From assembly GCA_951406725.2 (NCBI GenBank), contig OX597814.1, forward strand, positions 178,374,001 to 178,438,000: 64,000 bases of DNA. The letters are read 5' to 3'. Within the stretch, counting starts at the first letter, position 1. Every line of letters begins with the position of its first letter. Both the position numbers and the translations under genes were made by a program. Source of the stretch: Octopus vulgaris. Its lineage: Eukaryota. This document shows, piece by piece, positions 28,712 to 42,539 of this stretch. The notes under the pieces were generated by a model, which was not told the origin of the DNA, searched no databases, and was given only the letters and a program-made list of their open reading frames with translations.

Positions 28712-30379
28712 TATATATATGTATATTTGCATACATATACACTTATACATACACACACGTATATATGTATGTATAGATAGATACATATAGCTATATAGAT
28801 ATATATATATACATATATGTATGCATACAAGCACATGTATATATATATATACATGTGCTTTTATGCATACAACCATAATACAGCATATATGTACATGTAT
28901 ATATATATGTGTTTGCGCGCGCGTATATGTGTGTGTATAATACGATAATCTGTAAATCTCTTAACCAAAATTAAATTTTGTTTAAACATAAAATGATTTA
29001 GTATAAAAAACTTTTGAAATTCAGAAAAAAAGTCCAGTCTCTGAATCCTTGATGTTCAAAATGATAATCTAAATCTTTGATATTTTTTTCTTATTAGAAA
29101 TTTAATATATCTACATTTGATGTAATTACGTAAATGAAAGCAAGTTTAAAGAAAGAAAAGCTACACTGAATGGTTCCACAGTATTAGGAAGTGAAAATAT
29201 GGAGTAAGTTTTTATCACATCAAAAATATTTTGCTCTTTCTTATATGTTCCGTGTTATCCTATCTTCATCTTTCTTTCGTAATACCCATCAACTCACAAT
29301 ACAAACGAACAAGTGAGTTGTTATGTACACGTTTGAAATAGCGAAGTGAAATCTCCCTTGTGAAACCCTCCTATCTTAGAAAGCATGACATGCGTTAGAG
29401 AAGGCACACATACAAAATACTGGTAGAGTCACGGAAGAATATATGTGACCAGTGCAGACCAAAAACGATCGCAACTTATTTTGATGAATTTCAGCCTCGT
29501 TTCCACGTATGTTTCTCTTGAATTTCCTACGCAAATAAAAAAGAGATCTGCTAATTATTTTACATAGATATTGCTTTGCGTGGTGCGTTAACAAACAGTC
29601 TGATTTAAAACTCATCCTTGTCCTTGGATGTGATGTAGCTGGATTCACTCTACCACAATAGTTTGGTCTAGACTACCATTCACCAGTCTAATTACTGAAG
29701 TCATTGACCGCTGTTCAAACTTAGTATCAACCACAACAGTCTGGGCGTGCCAACAAAGTTTATAAGCACTGATGCTAACCCTCTAAAAATACTTAGATCT
29801 TATACATACATACAAATATATAATCATACACACGCGCATACACACACACACACTTATATATATACATGTATATATATAGTGTATTATAATATACACACAG
29901 AGGCACACCCACACAAATATATATGTGTGTGTATGTGTGCATAAATAAATATATTATGAATGTATGTATTTGAGTGTGTATATATGTATGTAAGGATGTG
30001 TTGTACAGAAGAAAAAGAAATCGGATTGGTTGTAGCAACAGTTTATTTATCCAAAACGATCTCTTAAATACAACCGTTTGCATAGCAAGTCGTTGCTTCC
30101 TTGACAACGTTTCATGATTAGACGATAAGGAACAACAATGAATAGTCGGAACATTTTCTAAATGTTTGTGTTCGAGTGTGTATGCGAATGTGTGTGTGTG
30201 AGAGAGAGAGCATGTGTGTGTTTGTGTGTACGTGTGTGTGAGTGCGCGAGTTTGTGTGTGTATGCATACATATACATCTCTGTTTTTTTGCATGTGTTTT
30301 CATATAGAAAATATGGATAGGCAGACATACAGAGCATAACTTAGCTGTGATGGCTGAAATAAATAATTAAATATATATA

Positions 30380-31635
30380 TAGTGTGAGTAAGATATTTGA
30401 GGACAGACTTATGTTTATAAAATAAAAACATATATAACAAAAGATAATATATTTATTTATGAAAAAATGCTAGGAGGATAGAAAAATAAACCTTTTCTAT
30501 AATGTTATTCAATAAAGCCACATTCAGCTTCAACAATTACTTCTATATGAGATCTAAATCATCTACCTACTCGAATCAAGTGGTCCTGATTTATTTTGGA
30601 TATTACTATGATTTTGGTAGCTTTCAAAGAATCTTTGGTGTTATGGGCGTGTTCATTGACCTCTTTCTCTCAACAACGCTCCGCATGTAATAGTCCAATG
30701 GATTGAGATCTGGTAAATTAGGAGGCCAAATGCTAGGGGTTATGTCGTCATGAAAATTTTCAACCATCCATTTTTGTGTTACTAGAGCCATGTGTGATGG
30801 TGCAGTCTTACTGAAACACATATAGTCTTAAGTTGCATACACTGTCTATCTAGAGCTTAACAGTTATTTCCAGGGCTTCTATGTACGCGTCAGAATTAAC
30901 CCTAGGACCTTGTGGAAAGACGTAAGGAGGCATCACATGTTCTTCATTGCTGACAACCCCTAAAACCCTGACAGTTGCAGGCAATTGTGTATGCATAACA
31001 CTTGGAACTTCAGAAGCTTCTGCACATAACCATCTGTCATTTCTTCGGTTAACTTTTTGATCTTGGTTTTTCTCGTTTGAGAAAAACCAAACCAAATCAA
31101 ATCTTCTGCTGAATTTTTCATTTTAAGAGACTTTTAGATCTGATGTAGTGATTTTCGTTGGGTTTTTCTGACAAAATGACCTTTCCTCATCAAGTAAGAC
31201 TTATATCCGAGGTCTTCGTGGACAACATTTCTGACTGTTCCTTTTGACATATGGAGTTCTTTTGCAATTGACCTCATCGAATTTCTGGGATTGTAATCAA
31301 TGGTGTGTTGAACATGCTGGATAAATTCAGATGTTCTGATGATTTCAGATCTTTTAGAATGCATTTTTTGCCTTGATACTGATGATAGGTTTCCATCTTC
31401 AGTTTCTAGCTCTTTACAAACTTTGTAAATGAAAGATCTGGCTACTTTTAAAAATCGAGCTATTTCTAGATCTCTATGCTCAAACTTTATAGCCACAACA
31501 ACAGTATGCCTCTTCATTTCTTGAGTAAGCTGAGGGTCTGCCATTATTATTTCCTGAAACAAAGATTATACAGAGTTAGTAAAAATTGCAGCAGTGACCC
31601 AAAAATGTATGTCCTCAAATACCTTACACACCTTG
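30380..31635 (-). mobile_element. Tc1/mariner superfamily, DD37D (maT) transposon, decayed
   Basis: About 29-bp imperfect TIRs (..GTAAG(A/G)TATTTGAGGACA(G/T)AC) with TA flanks. HTH region in ORF 31134-31562, WFFSNEK, FQ*D-APSH and WPPNLPDLNPLDY; 37 residues between the last two D after correcting one frameshift. Confidence 0.93.
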
Positions 31636-31677
31636 TATATACAAACAAAGACACATACGTATATACATGTATATATG

Positions 31678-31724
<47 letters not shown>

Positions 31725-31831
31725 TTATATATATATACACGCATATATACGAACGTGTATGTGTGTGTATGTTTGTATGTATGTATGTATGCAAGTATGT
31801 ATGTATGTATGTATGTATGTATGCATGTATG

Positions 31832-31864
<33 letters not shown>

Positions 31865-31865
<1 letters not shown>

Positions 31866-32283
31866 GGCGCAGGAGTGGCTGTGTGGTAAGTAGCTTGCTA
31901 ACCAACCACATGGTTCCAGGTTCAGTCCCACTGCGTGGCATCTTGGGCATGTGTCTTCTGCTATAGCCCCGGGCCGACCAATGCCTTGTGAGTGGATTTG
32001 GTAGACGGAAACTGAAAGAAGCCTGTCGTATATATGTATATATATATATATGTGTGTATATGTGTTTGTGTGTCTGTGATTGTCCCCCTAGCATTGCTTG
32101 ACAACCGATGCTGGTGTGTTTACGTCCCCGTCACTTAGCGGTTCGGCATAAGAGACCGATAGCATAAGTACTGGGCTTACAAAGAATAAGTCCCGGGGTC
32201 GATTTACTCGACTAAAGGCGGTGCTCCAGCATGGCCGCAGTCAAAATGACTGAAACGAGTAAAAGAGTAAAAGAGTAAAAGAG
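31865..32283 (+). mobile_element. SINE family B (tRNA head, CORE-like CTTGGGCA(A/T)GTG, internal TA/TG microsatellite, (GTAAAAGA)n tail)
   Basis: Full-length match to 32566, 51638 and 59695; lies within (GTAT)n. Confidence 0.93.
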
Positions 32284-32565
32284 TATGTATGTATGTATGT
32301 ATGTATGTATGTATGTATGTATATATAAATGTATGTACGTACGCATTCGGTTAGTATATATATAAACCATAGCTATTAACTGCTCTTACTCCCATTATAA
32401 TGCAAATACTTTTTCGAAAGTTTAAAAAACTTCAAACAAAGGGTACATGATATTTATTACAGAAAATCACCCGTTTAGTGACTTAGTTTTCGTTTATCAT
32501 AGTTTGTGTGTGTATGTGAGTGTATGTGTCAAGTTTGATGGGAGGTTGTAACTGTGTGCGTATAT

Positions 32566-32991
32566 AGGCGCAGGAGTGGCTGTGAGGTAAGTAGCTTGCT
32601 AACCAACCATATGGTTCCGGGTTCAGTCCCACTGCGTGGCATCTTGGGCAAGTGTCTTCTGCTATAGCCCCGGGCCGACCAATGCCTTGTGAGTGGATTT
32701 GGTAGACGGAAACTGAAAGAAGCCTGTCGTATATATGTATATATATATATATGTGTGTATGTGTGTGTATGTGTTTGTGTGTCCGTGTTTGTCTCCCTAG
32801 CATTGCTTGACAACCGATGCTGGCGTGTTTACGTCCCCGTCACTTAGCGGTTCGGCAAAAGAGACCGATAGAATAAGTACTGGGCTTACAAAGAATAAGT
32901 CCCGGGGTCGATTTGCTCGACTAAAGGCGGTGCTCCAGCATGGCCGCAGTCAAATGACTGAAACAAGTAAAAGAGTAAAAGGAGTAAAGAG
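32566..32991 (+). mobile_element. SINE family B, full length
   Basis: Near-identical to 31865-32283. Confidence 0.93.
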
Positions 32992-33504
32992 TATATGTGT
33001 GTGAGTGTTAGCGCTTGTGCGTGTGGTGTGTGTGTAAGTGTGTGTAAGTGTGTGTATGAGTGTGTGTACGCGCGCCGTCGTGCCGTTATAAATTAATCCT
33101 CATCAGCAGGGAACGCCTCTAACCCTGTTGTTACATTCAGAATGTTCGTTACGTTGATACTAAGTCTGACCAGTAGAGTTAATGAAGGTAAAAAACTGCT
33201 ACAAAGGAATGAAGTTCGCTGCAAACACCAACGACCTAGAGGAATCTTAAAATCAGATATTTCTTCACTCGATGTTTCAAAACAAAAATTAATGAATAAA
33301 TTTAGAGATTTAAAGAAGATTACCACGTTTTATTATCGGTAGAAAATTCGCACAGAAATATATTTGTCTCAAAATAAAGCAGGAATTCAGCAGAACGGAT
33401 AGTGTTTGTAGTTTAGCCTTCATACTAACCTGACTGAAAAGATCAATGAAGAAATTCCTTCCTTCCATTACCATCCCATCTTTCTTCTCTGTAGAGACCA
33501 AAGT

Positions 33505-34087
33505 GTGAAGATGCGTGGCTTAGTGGTTTGTGGTAATCGGTTTACGATCGAAAGGTAGTGAGTTCGATTACCGGCGAGGCGTTGCGTCCTTGAGCAAGAC
33601 ACTTTATTTCATGTTGTTCCAGTTCACTCATTTGGCAAAAAATGAGTAGTCTGTAATTCAAAGGGCCGGCCTAATTATTTACTTATTTCTTTACTGCTCA
33701 CAAAGGAATACACACGCAGGGGACAAACAAGGACAGATAAACGGATTAAGTCGATGATATCGACCCCAGTGCGTGACTGGTACTTATTTAATCGACCTCG
33801 AAAGGATGAAAGGGAAAGTCGACCACGGCGCAATTTGAACTCAGAACGTAGCGGCAGACGAAATACCGCTAAGCATTTCGTCCGGCGTGCTAACGTTTCT
33901 GCCAACTCGCCGCCTTTACTCGCGGACTCGTTATGTTCTGTGTCACGCTAAATCTTGAGAACTACGTTAAGGGTTCTCGTGTCTGAGGAGTGCTCAACCA
34001 CTTGCACGTTAATACCATGAGCATGTTGTTGCGTTGATCGGATCAACTGGAACCTTCGTCCTTTCATAACCAACAGAGTGCCAGAGA
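33505..34087 (+). mobile_element. SINE family D (tRNA head, CORE-like GTCCTTGAGCAAGACACTT), interrupted by a family C SINE
   Basis: A box TGGCTTAGTGG, B box GAGTTCGATTAC; the body appears to resume after about 33930. Confidence 0.75.
33675..33916 (-). mobile_element. SINE family C, tail type 2
   Basis: Same head and core as 21377 and 63188, but the 3' end is TCCTTGTTTGTCCCCT...GTAAAGAAATAAG. Confidence 0.92.
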
Positions 34088-34824
34088 CTAAATTTCACAT
34101 TATCCTGTGTGACGTTTTCAAATCAGTCAGTATGGGTTTTGATTCATGGGTGATTTCGTTTCTCTATTTCTTGCACCGTGATTAATTACTCCTATGCGTT
34201 ACTACCTAGATACTTGATTATATATATTTATATACACTCATATATTATTATTGGATATTGTGATGACAAGAGACTATCTTGGACATGAAAGGGTTTCAAT
34301 TAGTATGTGTTTGAGATATAATGAAGTGAATTTCGATGGTTGCGGATTGCACTTACTTGATTGTGACGTCTGTGAAATGCTTTTTTTTGTTATTTTTTAA
34401 TTGTAATTGATGTAAGATTGAATAATTAACGCTCACGCTCGTAACACAGACATTTGATTTCATTTTTACAATCCAGCCGTCTTTCTGAACCGAATTGACC
34501 CTGAAGCGACTTATATATAATTGAACTGTGATTAAGTATATCAGAATATTTATATAGAAGTCGAAATAATTTGATGGATTCTTAATGTTTTTATAATTAT
34601 TTATATAATATCATATATTATATTCATAGTATTTAATGTAATACTGTAATATAAGTAAATTTTTTATTGTCGATAGAATATCTCTATAATTAATTTATCT
34701 TTATTATTGAATTATACCAATTTTTATATAGTATACAACTGAAGTGCCAGTAAACTGGATGTTTAACAAACCCTTTTGAAAGATTTCTTCTGATCAGTTT
34801 GTTACTTTATATATACATACATAC

Positions 34825-34865
<41 letters not shown>

Positions 34866-35789
34866 TACATATATATATATATATATACGATGAACCCATT
34901 GACGCTATCTAATTTCCATTGAAAGGATCTTCCTTCTAGGCTAGGAATTAGTTCATATTCCGTTGTGAAAATGTTCAGAAAATATCATGGGAAATACGCA
35001 TATATGCACACATATGTGTATGTCTGCGTGTATGTGTGTTTACGTGTGCGTGAGTTGGTCTTTATGTCTGTTATGTATGCATGAGTGTGTATAATGTGTG
35101 TTTTTGTGAGTTTTTGTGAGTGTGAGTGCATGTGCGCGTGTGTGTGTATGTGTGTGTTTGTGTGTGAGTGTGTAAAAATATCTTTTTATCCCACGCTGTC
35201 ATGCAATCGATAAAGAGTATAGTTTAAAATTTCGTTTTTCAGCTTCTGTGAGAATCAGTCTGTGCTAATATAGAAATAAGAGAAATAACTACTCTTGGAA
35301 ACCCAACCTGGGTAAACACATAAGACCCGTTTCTACATTATCAAGCAATTAAACTTACTGATGGGACTAACAATTTCGTTTATCAAATTTACTATTATAC
35401 AGGCTCTCATTACTAAATTCTGATGCCAACTTTCATTTGACTTACAAAAGTATTTCTACATTGTATGTTTGCACACTAAGAGTACAAAAAATAGATGTGT
35501 CAACGATGAAGAGACAACGAGAAGACAGTGGAAAGACAGAGAAGACAAGACAGTGAGTGCTTAGAGAAAGAAAGCCGAGAATTAAAAAATACTAACCAAT
35601 GTACGGCTAACAAACAGAATATTAGGTTATTTTTCTGAAATTTAATACTTTTATTTACTTTGTTAGATTGAAAGTAATATCCCCAAGGTCTGAGATATCT
35701 AATACATAAACATATATGCATACATGCATAGATACAAGCATATGTACATGCATCTGCCCCCCCCCACGCCCACACATACTCACTAGCAC

Positions 35790-35856
<67 letters not shown>

Positions 35857-36050
35857 ATCACACACGTATATATATATGTGTATATATATGTATATATACA
35901 CATACATAATATATATATGTATATACACATACATCAATATACATATATAGACATATACATACATATACATATAGATTCATATATATATATATGCATATAC
36001 ATATGTATATATAATATATTTATACATATATATATACATATGTATATATA

Positions 36051-36093
<43 letters not shown>

Positions 36094-36845
36094 AGATATG
36101 TTTTTTACTTCGAAGATTACGATAAAAAGAGAGCCATGTCATATATTTTCGAAGATAAAATATATTATTTCCCTAATATTTCCTACATAGAATCTCAATG
36201 AGATAATTTATCAATAATTCAAGTAATGTGTTGGTTTGTGCAATTTTGTGTGTATGTGCATGTTATTGTTATATAAGTATTTACCTTTGTCTATTTATTT
36301 ATCTATAACCCCTCTCTTTACATATATATATGATTTTATGCGCGTATATATATGTTTGTGTGTATAGAGAGACATGCTTTATGATATCAGCCACATACAG
36401 ATTCAATCAAACACACTCACGCATACACAGATGATATCCTTTGGATATCCGACAGTACCGATGTTCAGTAGCACATTAGTTAAACTTATCCACCTACTCG
36501 CTGTATTTATTATAAGTTGTGTGGATCCCTTAACATAAGTTTCAGGCTGAACAAGAAGCACAATATGAAAAGAAAGGAATCTTTGACTTAACGGTTCATC
36601 TGATTCACTTACATAGTTTTCATCTCTTGTATATTATCGTATAGACTTGGCTTTAAGAAAGAATAGAAGATCATAGAGTTTGTTATACTCTTCCCAGTGC
36701 AGTGCGCACACACTGTCGCGCATCGGCCAACTTCCCTTCCTACTCTTTCTCTTAGGACATTTAAAACCTACTTCTGTTTATGAAAAGCAGGATTACGTTG
36801 GTTTTCTCCTTATCTTTCTTGAGTACTCTCTGTAAGGATGGAGAT

Positions 36846-37154
36846 TTTATTATCTATTTATGTGTCCTTTTCAAGCCTAGCCAAGCTCATGGGCCCGGTG
36901 TTCCGTTTTCTGTGTTCCCCCGCAACTGGACGGGACGCCAGTCCATCGCAGCGTTACTCAAGAAACAGGAAGAAAGAGTGAGAGAAAGTTGGGGCGAAAG
37001 TGTACAACAGGGTCGCCACCCCACCCCCTGCCGGAGCCTCGCAGAGCTTTAGGCATTTTCGCTCAATAAACACACACAACGCCCGGTCTGGGAATCGAAA
37101 CCGCGATCCTCCGACCACGAGTCCGCAGCCCTAACCACCGGGCCATTGCGCCTC
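36846..37154 (-). mobile_element. SINE family A, tail type 2
   Basis: Head matches 6361; the tail contains CTGCGATGGACTGGCGTCCCGTCCAG; approximate TSD AAGGAT(G/A)GAGAT at 36834 and 37158. Confidence 0.9.
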
Positions 37155-37680
37155 AACAAGGATAGAGATATTGTTTCCTTTGTTATATATTTTTGTGACA
37201 CTTCAATTACTCCTTCGTTTTCCTTGGATACCTCAAGTCTAGTCTTTGTCTTTATTGCACACTCAAAGCTGGTGTTGATGTTAATGTTATTGCACGTTTA
37301 TCACGTCTCTAGTCATTTAATTTCTATCTTTTTTATCCAATTGCATTTCTTTTCGTTTACATAATATATGTGAAGGTGTCTAAATTTGAAGCATTCTCTG
37401 TATATTTATATAGAATTTGGAGCCGTTTTGATTTATATTAGCGCAAATTCCAGCATGGCAAGAACTTCTCCTTGCTAATTATGACATATATTCTTCTTGC
37501 AATACACAAATATTACACATGTCCCAATGAAAAGTGTCTAACAGTTTAAACATGCGAAAAGGCAGACTTTTCCTATATTGCCAGTAATTTAGGAGACGTT
37601 CAATACTTCCGCCCGAAATCTCTTATTCGTATGAAAAGAAACGTCCCTTTTCACTGATTTGCAAACGAAGTAAATTGACT

Positions 37681-37770
37681 AAGTCTTGGTGTCGATTTGC
37701 TCGAGTAAAGGCGGTGCTCCAACATGGCCGCAGTCAAATGACTGAAACAAATAAAAGAAAGAATAAAAAG
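37681..37770 (+). mobile_element. SINE family B 3' fragment (5'-truncated)
   Basis: AAGGCGGTGCTCCAACATGGCCGCAGTCAAATGACTGAAAC matches the family B tail. Confidence 0.85.
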
Positions 37771-37928
37771 TAAATTATCCCGAGTGATCCACATTTTTGT
37801 TTTCATTTTTATAGAGTAATGTGGTACGATTTAAATTCCATTTAACAGCTATTTATAGCTAATCGATTAACAGCCAAACTATTCCATTTGAGTATTCGTA
37901 TGATATTTTATCATACGTCTACATAACC

Positions 37929-37960
<32 letters not shown>

Positions 37961-39225
37961 GTAGTAGTAGTAGTAGTAGTTCTGATTCTAATTATAATAT
38001 TCTGTATGTCACAAACTTTGGTTATCGAAATATATTGTAACATTGAAATAACAGCGGTCATTGTGATATCAAGCTGTCAATGGTGATAGAATAGTTAATT
38101 GCGTGTGTCCTGCACTGGATGTTTCCCTCAGTGGTATATATCCCGCTATCTCAGTCGTGTTATTAGTGAAAGTAATTAGATCTTAACAGGTACACCCATC
38201 TAGCTTGAAGTAGGTGCAACGGCTTGTAGAATTTATTGGGATAATTAGCATCACTTCAGTGTTCAGAAAGTGATTCATTTTCTTTCGGTGATAGGTTCTT
38301 TAGTTGTTTAGTTTGCTGTAGCTATCAGAGCCAAGACTATATTGGAACATTGTCTTCAAAATTGGATATTTAATAACTTTCGTGTCGCCTCTGTATTTAT
38401 TAAGAAAAATAATGCGTTTGTCGTTGTTGTGGAATCTCTGTAAGGTGGATCAACGAATTGGTGGAATCTGGTCTGCTTTTGAAGATGGCAAATCAGAAAA
38501 TTTAATCGACTAATCATTAAAAACATCCAAGAGCTCTTTTATCACATTTTTCATAATCGTTTTGTCACGTACGTGCGCACCTATGTATTTTTATGCTAAA
38601 CTGTTGCTATTTATATTATTAGTGTAGATCCACTCTTCGTTTTTCTATGTCAAAGTTTATAGCAAAATCGTTTAAGATTCTTCTACATGTACAATATAGC
38701 CTTTAGTAGTAGAGTAATTAAAGTATCGAGTAAATAGCCTTTCAGTACTTGCTCGGTGGTCTGGGTTCTGAAGTCAATTACCACAGCAGAAAACTATGTT
38801 TTTCATCCTTTCGGGATCGGTAGCTTAAGTACCAATCCTGTGCCGGGCTCTACACTTTCTTTTTTATTTCTCGCTCCCCTTGTCTCTATAAGGGATTGGA
38901 TGTGGTTAGATCCAAGAGGTATAGGCCTCGCCAGATCTAAAATTACCTTAAACCCGTGGTATATTACGGCGACTGCATCAGAAGATGAGGCGGCATGGTA
39001 CAGTGGCTATGGCATCTCATCAGTGTTCCATAGTGTTGGTACGAATATACGAACGTATTCGTCAGTTTTTAAATTCTCAGTTCACTTACGTCTTTCTTTT
39101 TTTGTAAATCTGTTTTATAATCTCTCCACTTGGTAAGTACGATCTAGGTTACTATCTCACCAGTTGATTGGTAGACAGTACTGAAGTCACTTCCCATGTC
39201 AGAAATGAGCATTTATTAAGGAAAT

Positions 39226-39547
39226 GTAGTTTGCCCGTCGATGCGACGAAGGCCGTCTAGTCATCCTGGGTTGGGGGGGGGCTTGTTTTGTGAGTCCGCA
39301 GATGGTTACTGAGGCAAATCTGCGCCCGAAAGAGTCTTTGACTGTATGTATAGGGAATCGTAGCGCCTGCTACATGATTGTTAGCTCTGTTCTTCCTGGC
39401 TTGTCTGCGGTCTTCTGCAGCAGCGATCCTATTGGTTTCGCATTTGTTGGCACCCTTGTGGTCAGCTGATCGCCACCCTTCTCTGTCTAGAGCAGACTGC
39501 TCCCAAGTGTCATAATCGATGTTGAAGGCTTTCAGTGAGGCTTTCAT
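39226..39547 (-). mobile_element. RTE-like LINE, 5'-truncated 3' end
   Basis: KASLKAFNIDYDTWEQSALDREGWRS...YTYSQRLFRAQICLSNHLRTH resembles an RTE-clade C-terminus with a decayed C2H2 finger, followed by a short CGTCG/CGACG stem-loop 3' UTR. Confidence 0.8.
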
Positions 39548-42292
39548 TAAAGAAAATACTTTCAGCGAGCAGGTATATTTGACATCAGCGTCGGTTCTGT
39601 GTTGGGTTTAAATATCTTGCAATGTATGGTTCTGACTTCGCCAGATTCGATTTTACTCTTCATCCGTCCAAGATCAATATAATAAGCTCAGTATGTATTT
39701 TGAATGCATATATCACACCACCTGTATTCTATAAATTCGTGGCTTTGTAGTTACGCTAGACGGAATTATTTCTGGTTGGAAATGTTGTTTACTTTTGAGT
39801 TTTAACCTAAATTTAGAGTGTGAACCTATTTTCCCTATTGACTGAAGACTCGTTTCTCTCTTGTATCCTAAAGAAAAGCAAAATCATATGTTCATGGCCT
39901 CTAGTGTTCTGCTGTGAAGAATCTCAACATTTGTTTCTTGGCTGAAAGGATATTGTAAACTCAGTGAATTCCACTTTAGTATATTAATGTTAACTAACTT
40001 TTTTATCGACCAGAAGAGTGTGAAAGCCAACGTCGGCTGAAATGTGAATTGGCCACAAAAATATCGTGATAATGAATTAAATAACCTAACATTACAATGA
40101 AAGAGAGTCGAGCAGCTAAATAGCTCTAATAATCTAGTAAAGTATGCTTCACTCTTCACCTCAACAACAGCAACAGCAATAACAAGCACAAAAACAAGAA
40201 CAATAACGAAAACAACAACATCAACTACAACTCCTTTCCATTTCATTGTAATGTTATTTCGTCATTGTTTCCCCATGCCGGATGCGATAACGTGTTGTAT
40301 AAAAGCTTAACATCAATGCTTTAAGATTTAATGCTGGCTATTTGAAATCAATGCCTCCATGTTGCTTTTTTTAAATCAATATTTTAGTATCAATTATCAT
40401 ATGAATATAAGCTGTTTTTATTCATTTTAGAAATTTAGAAGAAAAACAAAAACGCAAATATTCTCGAATAAATGAATGAATCTAAACTGAAATGCTGACA
40501 TTTTGCTGTTCATATTTTTATAATTTTTAAGAACATTTTCTCTTCACCCGGATTTTCACATCACACCAAAATGTTTGCAGAAAATATGTGTGCGCGTGAA
40601 TATGCATGGAAAGAGAAAACAAAACGAAGATGAGTTAGAGAGTTAGACAGATCGATAAAGAGCGAGAGAGAGAGAGAGGACAAGGAAAAGTGAGGGTAGA
40701 CAGAGAGAAAGAGAGACAGTGAGTGAGAGAGAGAGAGAGACAATAAGCGGGAGAAAAGGAGAGAGAGAGATAAAACATGTGAGTGAATCAGTCAACAGTT
40801 AGGTCATTAGGTTACTATTTTAATTCTCCTTGTCCAAATAGTATACCTGGCACAAAATACATTTTTATTATCTCATAATCCAGTTTTTATATACATCTAA
40901 TTAATAAGATATGCTGAATTATAGAGTTCTTATTGCTATACTGCTGACGATCTCGTTTGTTGTCGATAGGGTAAGACAATCGAGGCTTGAGTAAAAGTGT
41001 ATAAAACAATATTCAGATACCGCTGGTAACTGGATATAATACAATGAACAATTCTTTAAAACTACAAGAACATCTTTGTATGGACCAGCTGCAGAAGAGT
41101 AAAGAACAACGTAAATATTTCAACTAAATGCCTGCAGCTATATTTCCGCATGAAACTAACACTATATTTCCGAAATGTCAATGGGGTAAGTCCTTTTACT
41201 TACATTCGCTGGATTTGTAAAATTAACTATAAGTACGATGGTGTAAATTCAGTTTACAACAGCAAGAATAATATCAGTTATATGATTAACATATTTCGTT
41301 AGTATTTGATACTGAAATCGAGCAACTGAGGTTGCATATAATCTTGGAATCAGAAAATGAGGCAATACGTCACTATTTATCTTCATACAACACTATAGTT
41401 TAAATTTGTAACAGATACACTGTAATATATGAAGTATGCCTTCTTAGTTGAAACGAAATCTAAACTTGTTGAGAAGAAGAACGAGAACGTTATCACGCAG
41501 TAGTGGACTGTAAGGCAAGACAGTCTTTGATATCCGCTCGATTTTTGCTTTAAATGGTCACGATTGGATTCTGTTCACTTTTACGTAATAAGTAAATATG
41601 GATTTAATCTGAAGGCGGGCTTAAAACCAACGCTTGACCCTATAATTCTTTAACGAGGTGCATTCTATCATGTGCCTTGCGAAAATTTTCTTCCTCCTTC
41701 AACCAGCGTCATAGAAACCTTTAAAAATGTTCATATACGTTGCTCTTGCTTATCTGACAACACTAATTTAAAATAAATCTATGTTATATAATAGGAAACG
41801 TGAATTTTGATATAAATATTTAGATCTTGTAACCCTGCAATATAATTATATTTGTAAATTAAGCCAAATTCGTAATGCATTTTAGATAATTAAATTTATC
41901 CAGCGTAAAGTTAATTCCTTAAAATCGCATTATCAAATTCTAATTTATGGAGCAAGCATTGAAATAATCCCTTAAAACCAATACTGGGATATATTCAACT
42001 GAGTAATACTGCTAAACCAATATACGAAACTTGGAGGATTAAATTAATCTCTAAAACTAATTAACGTTTAACATTTCCTTATATTCATACACGGTTACCA
42101 ACTGAGCCAAAAGCGTTCATGATGTAATGTAATAACTTATTAATCATGTTGATGTTTTAAATGTGAAACAGACAAAAATGAAAATAAAGCAAAATAAATT
42201 TAAAAAAGAATCATATTATGTGCATAAAAAATAATGAAATAACCTAATTGAAATTCACTGATACAACTCATTCCAGTAGATATGTTACTCTA

Positions 42293-42325
<33 letters not shown>

Positions 42326-42339
42326 GTATATATGTGTGT

Positions 42340-42378
<39 letters not shown>

Positions 42379-42423
42379 GAGAGAGAGAGAGAGAGATACT
42401 TAGATAGATATATAGATAGACAG

Positions 42424-42539
<116 letters not shown>

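Noticed and set aside
33075-33110. CTGATGA on the minus strand
   Set aside because: No downstream GAAA or stem II.
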